Part shown: one piece after another, positions 61,915 through 64,000 of the stretch
Layout: every line of letters starts with the position of its first letter
Numbering within the stretch: the first letter of the stretch is position 1
Assembly: GCF_963506605.1 (NCBI RefSeq)
Contig: NC_083286.1
Location: forward strand, 51,894,001 to 51,958,000
Origin: Zootoca vivipara
Taxonomy: Eukaryota
Direction: 5' to 3'
DNA: 64,000 bases
Program-made: the position numbers and the translations under genes
The notes under the pieces: model-generated
Told to the model about the DNA's origin: nothing
What the model saw: the letters and a program-made list of their open reading frames with translations, nothing else
The model's database searches: none

Positions 61915-62723
61915 TCTCTCTCACAGGCTTGTAACGGACACCCCTGGAGTGAAGCCATCATGTAAAAGATGGAGGCAGGGGTGAAAAACGAAAGATAATC
62001 CAACAGGAAAAGGTTGTTGTACACAACATAATTTCCACTTCCCTCCCTCTTCTCTAGCCACTTTGTACGCAGGCTAATAATTACAGGCTGATTATTATAG
62101 CTCAGGGCATCCTAATGAATGTGGCCCAAACTGCTCTGCCAACATGAGGCAGCCTAACTTCAGAGGGCCACCTGGAGCGGAACGAGAGTTCAGCTCAATT
62201 TTCATGTCCATTTGTTGCTTGGTTACAAGTCTGGCAAGGATAAGAACAATATTAAATTATTGCCCCCATACGTTTATTCACATCAACGAGTGTTTCATTT
62301 CCCCAAAGAGGATAAAGTTAAATGCAGAGGGCCTGTACCTGAAGTACCTGCACTGTGGGAAGTTGAGGGCCTGATACTGAGTAATCACATCAAATTGGTT
62401 TTATTAAAAAAAAAACCCACTCACTATGAGGGCTGTTAATAAATGCCACAACTTTTATTACAAACAACACAGTGACACAAAACAGAATGTCATAAAAATG
62501 TCACAGTCAGAAATGGGCTAACTGCTTTTGGCGCATTTCATAAACCATTTAAAATAAAATCTGAATGAAGGAAGGAATTGGGGTTTGCGAAAGTGGTCTG
62601 TGCCTCTAGATCTTGACACGCACCTGAAAACATATCTCCAGTTGTGTGTCAGGAATTTGACCTCTCTGTGAAACCTGTACTTTGATCAGTCTGACTACGC
62701 CCAACATCTCCCTCCATGTGCAT

Positions 62724-63013
62724 CAGGGATGGAGAATCTGTAGCTCTCCAGATGTTGTTGGACTCCAACTCTCAGCATCCCTGATCATGGTCCATACTGG
62801 CTGGAGCTGATGGGAGCTGGAGTCCATCAACATCTGGAGTGCCGTAAGTTCACCAATCCCTGATATATGTAATACTAGAGGCATCTGCTAGAGCAGGGAT
62901 GGCCAAACTTCGGGACTACAACTCCCACCATTCCTAGCTAACAAGACCAGTGGTCAGGGATGATGGGAATTGTAGTCCCAAAACAGCTGGAGGGCCAAGT
63001 TTGGCCATGCCTG
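62724..63013. mobile_element. Two adjacent URR1-like hAT MITEs (62724-62862 and 62894-63013)
   Basis: Palindromic CTCCAGATGTTG..CAACATCTGGAG core in the first; the second has a perfect TSD TGCTAGAG. Confidence 0.82.
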
Positions 63014-63349
63014 TGCTAGAGAGAAGACCCCAATTTTGGCAGAGGAGATGTAGGCTTCACGGAGGCCTTATGTATCTTGAACATTCCTGCATCATGGGAG
63101 GCTGAACCTTTCACAGATGAGGAAGGATGGAAGAGAGGCACATGTTTCATATATATCTTGGCAATGGGGCTTGGCATAAAACATCCCTGGAGTAGCAAAG
63201 CCCTTTGTGAATCTCGCACTTCTCTTGGTTTAAACCGGGTCTTCTCCACCATCCCATTATTACCTCTAATAAATGGAACAAAATTCCTCCTGAAATCTCT
63301 AGATGTAAGGAAGTTTCCATTTGGATCAGGGCCGTGACACCACGTAAGG

Positions 63350-63677
63350 CAGGGGTCAGCAACCTTTTAAAGCCATAGGCCAGCCCACCGTCCCTCAGAA
63401 CATGTGGTGGGCTGGACTATATTTTGGAAAAAAATAAAAATAATGAACAAATTCCTATGCCCCACAAATAACCCAGAGATGCATTTTTAATAAAAGCACA
63501 CATTCTACTCATGTAAAAACACCAGTCAGGTCCCACAAATAACCCAGAGATGCATTTTAAATAAAAGAACACATTCTGCTCATGTAAAAACATGCTGATT
63601 CCCAGACTGTCTGCAGGCCGAAACGAGAAGCCAATTGGGCTGCATCTGGCCCACGGGCCTTAGGTTGTCTACCCCTG
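63350..63677. mobile_element. hAT (Charlie-like) non-autonomous element
   Basis: TIRs CAGGGGTCAGCAACCT/AGGTTGTCTACCCCTG, TSD ACGTAAGG/ATGTAAGG, internal ~69-bp tandem duplication. Confidence 0.88.
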
Positions 63678-64000
63678 ATGTAAGGCTTTGTTAAACACTT
63701 CCCTATGTCCTATTTCTCCAACTGAATTCTCCCCTCCCCCAGTTGTTACTGGCTATAGAGGGAAAGGTCAGGTGCAATAATAATATTTTAATAATGATTT
63801 ATTATTTATACCCCGCCCATCTGGCTGGGTTCCCCCAGCCACTCTGGGATATTTGCCGCTCCCTACGCCCCACTGTAGATAACAGCAACTTGAAGAAAGC
63901 AATTTAAGCTTTGGGAATGGAGTGGAATAAAGGGATAACAACCTTTGTCCTTCAGTACCATATTCTCAGCCCAAATCGGACCTCCATCTTGGCTATTTTT

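Noticed and set aside
55048-64000. The next upstream DCC exon ([23 protein letters not shown]-type)
   Set aside because: I could not find it by eye; it probably lies beyond the window end.

Overview
Vertebrate genomic DNA from a squamate reptile, probably a lacertid lizard, judged from Sauria SINEs plus lizard-type CR1, L1, L2, RTE, Penelope, hAT and Tc1/mariner repeats. The only host gene I can support is the 3' end of DCC (netrin-1 receptor) on the minus strand. It has three coding exons with canonical GT-AG junctions (54835-55047, 45831-45973, 41882-41971; 213, 143 and 90 nt) encoding the P2/P3 cytoplasmic tail ending ...[23 protein letters not shown] repeat-poor ~11.4 kb stretch follows and ends in a strong poly(A) signal near 30490, so it is a candidate very long 3'UTR. 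Positions 1-30.4 kb are downstream intergenic sequence dense in often nested transposons, many with readable target-site duplications (TSDs). The most interesting non-genic signals are: (i) two 444-bp CpG-rich hAT MITEs built from ETS/GABPA and YY1-like motif arrays, in opposite orientation either side of one DCC exon; (ii) minimal hammerhead ribozyme motifs in Penelope-like elements; (iii) the architecture of the long UTR (alternative poly(A) signals, neural miRNA seeds, a possible Gypsy RNase H relic); (iv) a CpG-undepleted, apparently non-repetitive intronic block. Nearly all ORFs in the supplied track are repeat-derived or spurious. All calls are by eye and no database search was run.
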